The translations under genes and the position numbers were made by a program. The notes under the pieces were generated by a model. It saw nothing but the letters and a program-made list of their open reading frames with translations, had not been told where the DNA came from and did not search any database. A stretch of 64,000 bases of DNA from Octopus vulgaris (Eukaryota): contig OX597814.1 of the NCBI GenBank assembly GCA_951406725.2, positions 83,452,001-83,516,000 of the forward strand, written 5' to 3'. Below, one piece after another: positions 51,862 through 64,000 of the stretch; position 1 is the stretch's first letter, and every line of letters begins with the position of its first letter.

Positions 51862-54419
51862 CAACAATGTAATACAATACACTATTATAGGTAACAACAG
51901 AAACACTGTAAAAGTGATGCGTATTTCTTTGACTTACTGTGCTAAGTTCAGCTGATTGTATGACTGAAAATGTTGTTTGATCCTAGAAGTGTCATATATA
52001 ATTCCATGTGTAATATAGCAGTACTTTTTATGTGAAATCTTTAAATATGAGATTGAAAGAAAATTTAATTATCTTCATTAGAAAATTACTGTAAAACAAT
52101 CAGATATTTGTAAATATTTGATAATGACAAATAAACAATGATATGGAATTAAATCAATTATTTTTTCTGTGGGGTAAATAACGGTACCAAATAGAATTAA
52201 TTACACTGATCAAGACATATACCACTAAGCAAGTCAATCTCATTACTAAATAACTTCACTCACTTCTTTTTGGTTCCATGCTGAATCACAGTTCCTATTT
52301 ATACATGCTACAACACACTACACACAAACTCACGGTACAACATCATTTTATCCTACAAATACACAGTACTAAAACCACTGTCCCACCAACATACTGTACT
52401 ACACCATCCTATTTTGTCAAAACACTATATTCCAATCTACAAACAAATTGTATGCAACAACATACTATCCCATCAGCACACTGCCACAACATGCTACTTT
52501 ACCAATTTGTTATGTACTGCAATGTATTATTCCATCAACATACTGTCAGTATCAGATTTAGATGAAGAGAAGCCCTGGGTCATTCCTCTAGTGAGGCCCC
52601 TTTCAATCCCCTACCCTCATCACTAGATGGTCAAAGATTACCTAGATTTTGAGGCCCAAGACTTCAGACTGCTAAGCCTATACATAAATCTGGCATACTA
52701 TATAACAACACACTATATTCTACAACTTACTACCTCATCAACACATCATATACTACAATCACTACTCCAGCACATCATGTATTATACACTATATCTACTA
52801 CTAGCTGTGTATCCCATCGTTGCTAAGCAATTTTCACAGCAGAGTGCCTTTATTATTTTTTCTATTTCATGTCAGACCATGTCTTCTCCAACAGGTAGAC
52901 CCCTTGATCAGGACTGATTTCTGCATTGTTTGGGGCAATTCATAATGTGTCAATAAACTAAGTTTTTGTTTTTCCATTTGGTGCATAGATGTTGTAGTGC
53001 GAATATATGTTTAGAAATGCTGCATGTATCTTAGAAGAATTCTTACAGAGAAGAATAAATTTAGGAACTATATATTTATTACATAAAATATATTTTATTC
53101 ACTGGTTGTCGATGAAACATAATCAAAATGTTGAAACTAATTGAATGAAATAATCTATGCAAGAAAGTTCAGAAATGTAAAAATAACAGCTAAATAGGGA
53201 TTTTTAGTAATATAGCATAGAGAAATAGACAGACATAACAACAACATGAATGGCTCTAAGTCTAATCGACAAAGAAGCAAAGAGCAAGGCAAGCAAACTG
53301 TTTTTATTAATGGAATGCTAGACAGTCTAGAAACTTCCAAGAGAAACGCGAAGCTTCTTGAATAATTAAGAATTACTTCTCATGAAATATAATCTTCCGA
53401 GAAACTTACTAAAGGGAGATTATAACACTTCTTGCAAGATAATAGCATTCAACTATTTTAGCTACAGATGACAAACTACTACAATGTAAAGATTTTTTTA
53501 TGCTCACTGCTGATGCTTTGAAGTCTTTTAGCTCTCTTGCCCTAATGAAATTCATTACACATGCACACACACACATACATACATACACACATTCACACAC
53601 TGTGAGTGATATACATGTACAGAGAGTAAGAGAGAGTGTAGCAAATATACATAAAGAGGAGGAAGTTTACAATGAGAAAAGCATAAATAAATGAGATAGA
53701 CAAATACAGAAAGAAATCTTTTTTGGTCGTTGTCACAGATTTTGAAATTTTAAAATTAAATGAGAATTTTCAAATTTAGTATATCAAAGTACTTTTTCAC
53801 CCTGAATCTGATTTTGTGATTCATTTATTCCAGAAAACTGTAAAGTACAATAGTGCTTTTCATTTTTGTTTTTAAACTTTATTATGCCAGGATATCCTCA
53901 TGACTATTTCAAGTTATCACATTATATGTTCAATCCCACCTTAGGTAAATGCCTTCTACTATAGTTTGAGGTCAGTCAACAACTTGTGAGTGAAATTTTC
54001 TGGACAGAAACTATGGAAACTCATTGGAAAATCCATTCTTAGTTTTTGGTAGGTGACTTTTAGGCAGTGCTGAACCATTGTCCAGTTTAGCACCACAAGC
54101 TGGTTCAATAATGCCTTTAACTAAGTCCTGTCTATGCAAGCATTTAGGCCTGGTCTTTGGTCTGGAGATCACTGCTTCCCAGCTTTTGACTAAGCCATCA
54201 ATTTTTTTTTCTAACTGTAGTAAACAAAGAACTGCATCTCCTCTCCATGTAACAAAATTAAAGACACAACTACTCTGTAAACTTTGCACTTGAAATAGAT
54301 TGACACAGAAGCATTGCTCTAAAGATGCTAGCAATGTACTCCAAATGAATACCTTCACTTTGTTTATCTAAATAAATACATATACACACAAACATCTCTA
54401 AAGTAAAGAGACATATGTA

Positions 54420-54785
54420 CAGGCACAGCTGTGTGGTAAGAAACTTGTTTCCCAACTACATAGTTCCGGGTTCAGTCTCACTGTGTGGTACCTTGGGCAA
54501 GTATCTTCTATTATAACCTTGGAATAATCAAAGTGAGTGGATTTTGTAGGTGGAAACTGAAAGAAGTTTGTCATGTATATGTTTGTTTTTGTCACCCACC
54601 ACTGCTTGACAACCAGTGCTGGTGTGTTTACATCCTCATAATTTAGTGGTTCAGCAAAAGAGACAGAATAAATACTAGGCTTTAAAAAAATAAGTCCTGG
54701 GGTCAATTTGTCCAACTAAAAGCCTTCAAGGTAGTGCCCCAGCATGGCCACAATCAAATGATTGAAACAAGTAAAAGATAAAAGA
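54420..54785 (+). mobile_element. tRNA-derived SINE
   Basis: Same family as 21825-22200; ends gaaacaagtaaaagataaaaga. Confidence 0.82.
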
Positions 54786-55295
54786 TTATCAATTTTGAAA
54801 GATTTATTTCAAGAAACAAAATAATGTCATTTCATGCATTTAAACACCTAATCTCATATTTAGTAAACTTGCCTTGTGCAGTTTTTTAATGATTTAACAC
54901 ATTTCGACATGATACTGATGTATAATGTCTGCACAGGTAAAACGGTAAAATGAGCAGTGTCTACTTCTGAGATGTATGTGTGTGTGGAAGGATGGGGTGC
55001 ACACATTTGCGAATGAATATGATTGTATATTTGTGTATGTTTAGATGCAGAATATCAAAATGAGTAAGATTTTGAGCCACTTGTTTGCAGGGTTTAAGTT
55101 CAAATTGCTGCAATTGTTTTGTTATTTTTTCTGGGAAGATCGTCTCACCTTACTTAGCTACTAAGAATTGACACAAAACCATCTGCAAACATTGCTGGTA
55201 ATAGATTTATCTTCAGTTTACTTTGTATCTTGAACCACAACTGAGCATGAACCATGAAAAGCACCTTTAGGTTTTCACAGTTCATGTTCCATTTT

Positions 55296-55297
<2 letters not shown>

Positions 55298-55349
<52 letters not shown>
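55298..55349. repeat. (TA)n microsatellite
   Basis: Direct reading; similar tracts near 23036, 24656, 31235 and 61810. Confidence 0.95.
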
Positions 55350-55351
<2 letters not shown>

Positions 55352-57289
55352 ATAATAAAAATCCAACTGGTTCCTAGTGTCATTCCCACTTGTCTTCCCC
55401 TAAAGCCATTTGCCTCATCTTCATTGAATTTGAATCTTTTATTGTATGAAGCATGTCAAACCTTAAACACTTCCAGTGGTATGTTATATCTACTTCACTC
55501 CCTGCATATTATAGGTACATCAACATATACATTGTTTTTCTATAAAATCTATAAAAACTGTGTAATGAAAGGACTCCTATGTATTTACTTGATTATCTGA
55601 CTTTTGCATTGGTTAAGGATATTACTGCCTTCAGTTTACAATAAATCACCTACTAATGATCTGACCATCACTAAGTAGTGCAAATACAAATATTATTAAG
55701 TTGAGGTTAATTGTCAGAAAAATTAGTTATATTAATAACTACTCATTCCAAAATATTCATCCAAATGAACTCTTTGCCATTTTTAGAATCAAGACTTTGT
55801 CTGCAATTTTAAATTTTAGGACAATATGGCTTCAATAAAAACAAAATGATTACAACTAGAAATGTTGATCAAATGCTTTATTTGATCAGCTAACTTCATT
55901 TCATAGATTTGCTCCTAAATCAGCTAACTTAGACTATCTGGCATCAGTAATAATAATACTGTCTTAATTTACATCAAGTGGACTGGATTTGTTAAATAGT
56001 CTTTACTGCATGTTTCAAAGAACACGTTCATTACCTTACAACTTGCTCAAAATAATCTCAAACATCTCTTACATATTTCCATATGTCTTCCCCATCCGAT
56101 CAGCATTCATTTTATGCTTCAGTGAATCTCCTAAATTAACTCAACTTTCAACCTCCATTAATCAGTTATTGCCATTAGCTTAGTTATGTGGATGACATCT
56201 CAGAATAATTTAATTTTTCAGTAATTCTGTTATTCTGCTCCAATAGATATGTACATTTTTTTTTATTTATGTTTACTTAGCAATTTAATCACTAAATACT
56301 TCAGTAAGTTATGGTGAGTCAGTTCTTTGTATGAAAAGTCACAAAATTGAAATATGTCTGGAAGTATCTGTTATATTTGCCTCAGATAAAACAGTATTAG
56401 TGATCAATTAATATTTTATGTTCACAGCAGACCTGATCTGAATTAGGCTTTCATTTTCTAAGCATTAAATATGCTTTCACTCTCTTAACTGTTAGCTTAG
56501 GCAGAGTCTAGCTGTCTGATAGCTAAATCTGACCTGTGCATTTGAGTATGCATGAGTGTGTGCATGCACATGTGTGTGTATGTGTATGTAGTAATGTAAT
56601 GTGTCTAGTACATAGTTCATACAACCCTCTTACTTACAGCTCACTGCAACTAGTTATCCCATATTGTAAAGCAGACAGTGTTGGACTCCCCTGCCAGTGC
56701 ATGATTCGTCTTCATCAAGACTCCTGCTAGACTTCCCCTCTGTCACATACAGTAATTATGTATTTTGTGGTCCCAGACTTTTTTCACTGGGAATCCCAGA
56801 ACCCCAATGGGCCTCACATTGTATTTCCAAAAGAATAAATTTCCATCAGCCTCTTTCACCTGTGAAGAAATATAAGTTATTTTGGGTCACCCATATCATT
56901 AGATATAACTCCTGCACAACAGGAATAATGACTGTTAAAAATGCACAACCCTATTCTCATTACAAAGCTTCTTTACACCTGTATCTTCACCAAATATGTG
57001 CATCATAGAACTTGGCTCTCTAACAAGTTGGACTATAATAGGGGTTTGAATGGGCTGGAAACTTCTTGTCTGAACTTTGTACATCAGAAGTTTAAGGTAC
57101 TGGTTGTAGTAGCCAGGTTTCAGTAGGAGCTGCCTGCAGCAGACCTCTGCATGACTGAACAGCCTTGTCTTGGGACTGTTAGGGAAAGACCAAGGAGAGG
57201 TGACATAAAACCATCCACTCAGCTGTATTCTTAGGGAGACACCTGTTAAGTCACCTAGCAGCCATAAAAACAAAAGTAGTATACTATTT

Positions 57290-57600
57290 AAGATCATTGT
57301 GGAATTCAACAAGCCAGCAGAAGCATCAAACAGCTCATAGGTAATGAACTGAGGCACCAAAGTGTGGATATTACTTCAGTCAGTGAGTCCAGGTTGCTAG
57401 TTTCACTGAGTGCAGTGAGATTCCCTGCCAAGGCGGTATAACATTCATCAATCTTTGTTAAGAGAGGTTCTCCTAATGAATGTGGACTATACCTTTTTTT
57501 TCCTGAAAGGGCTACTCTGATGATGGACACTATCAATGTGCCATTGGCTTTACTGTCAAAAACTGTTAGCTGTGTAAAGTGACAGAAACACCAATTAACA
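57290..57600 (+). mobile_element. Possible RTE endonuclease N-terminal relic
   Basis: LIGNELRHQSVDITSVSESR resembles ARELxRYNIDIAALSETR. Confidence 0.35.
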
Positions 57601-57650
57601 TGAGTGATTAATGACCTACTAATCAGGGTACTTTAATGGAATGTTTTCAG

Positions 57651-58490
57651 AAAGTCAGAAGGGTTGTGCATGAGGACATCTAGTATAAGTCATATGTAAT
57701 GCAGAAGGGTTAGTTGGATACGACAAGAGAGAATTGTTCAATTCATACAAAGTACTTGCTAAACAAATTAAAACACCAAGAGGCTACAATGCTTAGGCTT
57801 TTCTCTGATGAGAAAAATTTCAATCAGGACCAAAATGTAAACCAAAGGAATGACAGATGGTTATGCAGAGACCAACAATCATGCATACTAAGTTCCCAGT
57901 AACTGTGATGGTTCTGGGAATCATCAGCAACAAGGGAGATGTTATACCTCCTCACTTTCTTTTCACAGGGCTTAAGAGTCAATGCTGATGTCTACACAGA
58001 GGAGTTGGAGAAAGTTGTGAAGCCCTTGATAGACAGTGTATGGAACAGAAGACCATACATTTTCCAACAAGATCTACACAGTTTCATAAGTCTAAGACAC
58101 CCCAAGCATGGCTATGTGCCAATCACCATGATCATGTTCTCCCAGAGACATAGCCTCTTAACTCACCAGACCTCAATCTGCTGGACTATTACATATAGGT
58201 TATAGTCAAGAGAGAGATCAATCAACATCCCCATAAGACCATACATTCTCTCAAGTCTGCTGTAACTAGCACTATGCCCAAATTTGAGAAAGATGATTTG
58301 ATTTGGGCATGTCAATGCTTCAGACCCCATACTGAGGCAGCCATTGATGCTAACAGTGGATTCATTGAATAGATGTGATAAAAGGATTCTCGAGATATTT
58401 TGTACCAATTTGTTTTCAAATAGCTTTTCTTTGATGAGTTATACATCTTTTCCTAAATTCAAACAAATAATTCTCAAAAAACTAACACAC
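57651..58490 (+). mobile_element. Tc1/mariner (maT/DD37D-like) transposase fragment
   Basis: FSDEKNF.QDQ.VN.RNDRW, VMVLGIIS, VNADVY, YIFQQD and SPDLNLLDY motifs with frameshifts. Confidence 0.8.
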
Positions 58491-59139
58491 CTTGTGTGTG
58501 TGTGTGTGTGTGTTGAAACATGTTTTTATGGGTATATGTGTGTATATACATATGAATGAATGTGTGTACATTTAAAAGAAACTTGAGAACAGAAGCTAAG
58601 AGTCTATTACATTGTTTATATTAGTGATTCAGGTATCTCAGACATAATATTTATTCACTCTTTCTTTTAATCTGTGAGAAAACAAAAATAAACAGGAAGG
58701 ATATTAAAACAGCGTGACAACATGACTTAGACAACCAAGAAATCTTCTATAAGCTTAAGTCTGCTGGTGAATGTGACCTAGGCATTATAATAATCTGCAC
58801 TAGACAAGCCACATTTTTAAAATCATTAAAAAAGGCCAAAGCTATCTTAGTGTTATTCAGCCTTTGTCAGCTGCTCACTAGCTAGCTATCTATTTGAAGC
58901 TATGATACTTTCACACTGCATCTCCAGTCTGGAACCCCTCCATCTTATCCAGAATATTGATCTACTGGAGGCTGTATGGAGATGTGCAACTACACAAATG
59001 CCCTCCATCAGTCACCATATCTTGAACATCTTGCTTCTCTGGGCATTAACAGACTAAAACTTCAGTGTCTTGCTAGGAGCCTGCAAGATTATCCATCTTT
59101 CCAGCAATTTTTTTTTTTAATTCATTATTTTTACCACTT

Positions 59140-59330
59140 GTAAGATGGTGAGCTTGTAGAATTGCTACCATTCTGGACAAAATTCTTAGCAGCATTTTGT
59201 CCATCTTTACATTCTGAGTTCGAAACTTTGCCTTTCATCTTTTCAAGGTCAATAAAATAAGTACCAGTTGAGCACTGGTATCCTCTTCCCCCAAAATTTC
59301 AGACATTGTGAATTTAGTAGAAAGGATTAT
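59140..59330 (+). mobile_element. SINE (second family)
   Basis: Match to 44562-44775. Confidence 0.72.
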
Positions 59331-60670
59331 TTCTAACACTTGTGGACATGCTAATAAAATTCAAAAACACAAAAAAGCACATTACAGCCCTGACTTTCAG
59401 AAATATTTTTTTCTGTTCAGCATTGTCAAACCATGAAGTGAATTCTCTGTGTTGGTTAGGATACTGTTTCTTTCAAAAATTCAATCTCTCTTGAAATTCA
59501 TTAATTATACTCCTGATGAGCCTATACACCTTTTCCTCTAGAGTTTTTTTACTGTTCACTTTTCTCTCTTGTGTTTTATCCAGAGTCCTATGCATGCACT
59601 TTTGACTTTCATTTACTTGACTTCTTGCTGCTTTCTTTCCCATCTTTTACTCTTTTTCAGTGAGTTCTAGTGCACCTGAGCACTGTTTACAATAAGCTTT
59701 TGTTCTCATGCCAAAATTTTGAGAATCACCACTGAAATATTGAGGAAGTATATTTTGAAGAATTGTTTGCTTAGACTGAAAGTATTTCAGTGTTGGTGTT
59801 TGAATTGAATCTCTTAAGCTGTTCTAAGAATTAAGAAAGTTAAACATTCATTTCAAAATGTTCTTAGAATCAAAATTCTCTTACCATTTGCTCCTTCCTC
59901 TTGAATCATTCAATAAATTACAGAAATGAGATGGAAGGGAATTTTAATGTGAATCATAGAGGAATATTTTATCCTAAATAAGAATTTATTATAACTACAC
60001 TCCTTTATTATATTCAAAGCTTCCTGTCACTTTCAACTATAAATCTGACATTTCTACTGAAAATATTTTCAGATTTTTCCAGTTCTATTCCACAGTTCTA
60101 AAACCAATCTAATTCTACTTCTTAACAGAACTGATCAATTTATAATTCTTTTTTTTTTATGCAAAATATTTTTCCCTGTTCCTCTAAAACTCTTCGTTTT
60201 CCTGTGAATACTTCCTTTAATGTTCAAATGTTTCACTAGTTTCTTTTTTTTTTTTTGTTATGTATGGATTTTTAAACGTCTATTTTTCAGTTTATTTTGT
60301 TTCATTCATTTTTGAATATTTAGATATTGTTCTCTTAATGCATTAGTATGTTTGTTTTACTTCTAACTGAAACATATATTTACTGTTCACCTATGAAAAT
60401 CTCATTGAAATGTACTTATTTGTTTGAAATGACAGGAACGTAAAACATTAACTATTTTAATTCCAGTAAAGCCTCCCAACCAGTAAGCTTGTATGGTTGT
60501 ATAATAGCATTAAATGTTTTACTGCTATGCCACCAATAAAATCTGTCTGAACTATGTAGTTAAATACCAGAAAGTCATAAATGTAATAATGTTGCACTAA
60601 TTATATTTTATCTCAGTCACAAATACATCTTTTTTGTCTTTCATTTCCTTTAATTTTTTTTTCTTTCCAG

Positions 60671-60763
60671 TCTGATTTGGCCTCTTTGATACCACTTGAC
60701 TTATTTTATTTGCTGCCCCATGTCAACTTTAACAGCTGGCTACGCCTGCCAAGAATGATGAAG
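60671..60763 (+). CDS. CNGB1: Internal 93-nt exon (phase 0 to 0) of the CNG channel beta subunit, S3-S4
   Basis: Long T tract plus ttccAG acceptor, AAG/GTAGAA donor. Translates SDLASLIPLDLFYLLPHVNFNSWLRLPRMMK (D..SL.P.D..Y and S4 LRLPR..K motifs of CNG beta subunits). Confidence 0.92.
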
Positions 60764-61226
60764 GTAGAAGTCAATTCTTTATCATTTTTTTATCTCTCCA
60801 TCTAATAATTTAAAGATGAGCCTTAACTGTACAAATTGATAGACTATAATCCGACTGCTTGAGAAACTCTGCAGGGTAAAGCAGTTGTTTCTCTGTGCCC
60901 AGGACAAAGTCAACACTTGATGGCTCTCAAATTACTCTATTGTCCAGTGTGTACCATGAGAATGTATAGTTTATTGTTATATGCTGCAATATGAATAGGA
61001 TAATGAGTAAGTAAATGAATGACATTTCATTTAGTTTCAGAATGAAATACAAATCTTCCTATCTGGTGTCAGACCTGCAATAGGTTGGCACCTCCTTTCC
61101 AGAATTAATAATGTTTAGCAACCATTCAAAAATGTAATAAACTCCTGCACAGTGCTGCAGCATCTGGTAAAAGACAATGAATAGAATGGAATAAAACAAT
61201 TATATTTCAAAGAATATTTTAGCTTC

Positions 61227-61385
61227 AGGTATGGCTGTGTGGTTAAGAAGCTTGCATTGCAACCAGATGGTTTTGGATTCAGTACCACTTTGCAGCACAT
61301 TGAGTAAATGCCTTTTGCTATTGCCCTAGATCAACTAATGCTTTGCGAGTGAATTTGGTAGGTGGAAACTATATAGAAACCTCTC
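61227..61385 (+). mobile_element. SINE head (first family)
   Basis: ggctgtgtggttaagaagcttgc...gtgaatttggtaggtggaaact. Confidence 0.7.
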
Positions 61386-61392
61386 ATATATT

Positions 61393-61783
61393 TATTCTTT
61401 TACTTGTTTCAGTCATTAGACTGTGGCCATGCTGGAGCATCACCATCAAGAATTTTAGTCAAATGAATCAACCCTAGTACTTTTTTAGCCTGGTGCTTAA
61501 TTTATCAGTCTCTTTTGCTATACTGCTAAGTTACAGGTGACATAAACTCACCAACACCAGTTGTCAAGTGGTGGAGGGGGACAATCACAGACAGAAAGAC
61601 ACACATACATATACATACATGTACACACAATGGGCTCTTTCAGTTTCTGTCTACCAAATCTACTCACATGGCTTTGATTGGCCTGAGGCTAGAGTAAAAG
61701 ACACTTGCCCAAGATGCCATGCAGTGGGACTGAACACAGAACCATGTGGTTGGGAAGCAAACTTCTTACCAGACTACCATACC
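61393..61783 (-). mobile_element. tRNA-derived SINE (first family)
   Basis: Full match to 12745-13169. Confidence 0.82.
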
Positions 61784-61803
61784 TATATGTGTGTGTGTGT
61801 GTA

Positions 61804-61862
<59 letters not shown>

Positions 61863-62063
61863 CACTACAAAATTAGAGAATGGAGAAACATACTTAAATC
61901 AGTAAAACATCAACTATCCGATGATACTCAATCCATACTTTAATACACCATTACATATGAGTAAAGGCAATATATAAAATGAAATGAGATATACAGTAAT
62001 AGTAAAAGTAAAAAGATAAAGAGATATAAGTAAAAAATTTCAAATATAATATGCAAATAAATC

Positions 62064-62179
62064 AAAACTGACAGCTGTTTCGGCAGTGAGGACAGTCATA
62101 CCTCATTTAACCTATAAGCCATAAAGGCAGGTATAAATGAGGCATTAACAAGGATGCCCCACGGCCTCTTCAGAGAATT
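62064..62179 (-). ncRNA. Type I hammerhead ribozyme motif with long stem II and palindromic stem III (Penelope/retrozyme type)
   Basis: Minus strand: CUGAAGA (62173-62167), stem II GGCCGUGGGG/CCUCACUGCC with inner helix AUGCCUCAUUUA/UAAAUGAGGUAU, GAAA (62081-62078), palindromic CAGCUG, GUC cleavage triplet (62072-62070). Stem I is weak (2 bp plus a mismatched extension). Confidence 0.7.
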
Positions 62180-62522
62180 AAATTAAATTTGTTATAATAG
62201 TGAAAAATATTATATAATCATATACATATAAATATAAAAATATAAAAATGTAAAATATAAAAACTTATACATCATAATGCTACACTTATATAATATAATA
62301 CACATTTGTACAAAAAGGAAGGTAAACAGAACAAAATAAAACAAAATATATAACAGTGTATATATTAATATTAATAAGTACCGATATTATACATATTTGG
62401 CTAATAGTTTTTTTTATAAAAAAAAAAAAAAAGGGCTAACACATATGGAGATGAAAAATAATAATTAAATCCGTGGTACAGTTCATAAAATTCTAAAGCT
62501 ATAAAAGTTAATAAAAATTACT

Positions 62523-62566
<44 letters not shown>

Positions 62567-62809
62567 TAATAATAATAAAAAATACTAAAAATAGATACAG
62601 TTAAGTTAGCACCAAGTCCATCCTTTCAAGATCGAAATAACTATGAGTTAAGAAATGCTGACCACTAGGTAAAGAAAATTTAGATTAATTCGATTGGCTA
62701 TTGGTTTGAAATTTAAATCACAAAAGAAAATTATACGGTTGGTTAGTCAAGGAACGCCAATATTCACACACGCATCTACAGATCAATCGCACATACACAC
62801 ATAGTTATA

Positions 62810-62844
62810 TGTATATACATATATACACATATATACATATATAC

Positions 62845-62875
<31 letters not shown>

Positions 62876-62910
62876 CATACACATACATACACATACATAC
62901 ACATACACAT

Positions 62911-62951
<41 letters not shown>

Positions 62952-63005
62952 CACATACACATATATATATATATATACACATACATACACTTATACACAT
63001 ACATA
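62810..63005. repeat. Compound (TA)/(CA)/(TACA) microsatellite
   Basis: Direct reading; source of the spurious YI/CV-rich ORFs. Confidence 0.95.
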
Positions 63006-63372
63006 TTCACAAGCAACAACTAGCACTTAGATAAACAAAAAAGGGAAGCAACTATGCTAACATTTAGTCCTTCAAAATTATAACTGAGCCTCAATAACAA
63101 AAAAAGAACCATCCATGCATTCTATAAAATATTTAATTTAGATATAAATATATTTAAATATCAGTATGTTACTAATTCAGATAATTATTTCATGGGTAAC
63201 TTAAAATTTATAACACCGGTTTGTTACAGAGTAAACATACGGTTGTTAGGTTTATCGTAAGTTTGTTATGATTTTAAGTACGCTAAATTATAAAATATAA
63301 AATATAAGATATATATTAATTTAAATATTATAAATAAGTCACCTGTAAATATAATACGTGACAATTATTCAG

Positions 63373-63446
63373 TGGCCATGATAAAACTCCAAGTTTCAGA
63401 TGTCGGGGCAGAAACTCACACGGGCATCTCTTCAGTTATCAGGCCA
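63373..63446 (-). ncRNA. Type I hammerhead ribozyme-like motif
   Basis: Minus strand: stem I UGGCCUGAUAA/UUAUCA(U)GGCCA, CUGAAGA (63435-63429), stem II GAUG/CAUC with one extra U before GAAA (63397-63394), stem III ACU-UGG-AGU, triplet GUU. Confidence 0.6.
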
Positions 63447-63634
63447 TCAAAATAATGCTATGAAAATTATTGTTAAAACAAAGGGAAATTACTGTGTGAT
63501 TCACCATTATTAAGACAAAAGAGCTATTAGAATGACCGCTAAGGGGAGGGAGTAAAAATGGTCATAGTAATCGCATAAGCGCACATGTCCATACATACAC
63601 ATGCGCACCCACACACCCACGTATATATATATAT

Positions 63635-63682
<48 letters not shown>

Positions 63683-64000
63683 ATTTCGGGATGGTCATTT
63701 TTTTTTCTTTTTGGCCAAATAGACACATGCACTATATATTTGTTCTTCACTTGTTTATTACTGTTCTTATTCTAACTCATGTCCATTGTCCAGGAATTTT
63801 TCCTCACACATCTGTAACCTGTTCAGTGACACTTTTTGTCTTCATGTGTGCACTTTCTCCACTTATTTCATTCTGCTCTTCTATGATGTATATCCTTATG
63901 TACACATGCATTTGCATCCTTGTTTGTGTGTATGCTTGTGTGTGTCATTGTTCTTAGTAGCAGTATGACCTTCCCCTCAGCCCCATCCTCTCCCTCTGTT

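Noticed and set aside
59509-59620. Sense-strand ctgatgag hammerhead candidate
   Set aside because: No matching stem II closure or GAAA found downstream.
62776-63030. Several overlapping ORFs rich in Y/I/C/V/H/T (also near 14127, 22922-23367, 24378, 61568)
   Set aside because: Translations of TA/CA microsatellites.

Overview
AT-rich, repeat-dense eukaryotic DNA. The SINE/MITE/RTE repertoire and microsatellite load suggest an octopus (coleoid cephalopod) genome; this is inference. The only host-gene signal is three small + strand exons (15001-15209, 43973-44023, 60671-60763). They splice in frame into the S1-S4 region of a cyclic nucleotide-gated channel beta subunit (CNGB/TAX-2 type), separated by introns of about 28.8 kb and 16.6 kb; the gene extends beyond both window ends. 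Nearly all other ORFs in the track are decayed transposons or microsatellite noise. These include several mariner/maT elements, a near full-length RTE LINE, a second RTE family with a PHD-like finger inside ORF2, CR1 and hAT relics, two non-autonomous Helitrons, MITEs and many SINEs. The most notable non-coding signals are (i) three type I hammerhead ribozyme motifs, all antisense to the channel gene, (ii) inverted SINE pairs and foldback palindromes next to or between the exons, which are candidate dsRNA/ADAR substrates, and (iii) a 550-bp, about 99% identical local duplication of part of the dead RTE.
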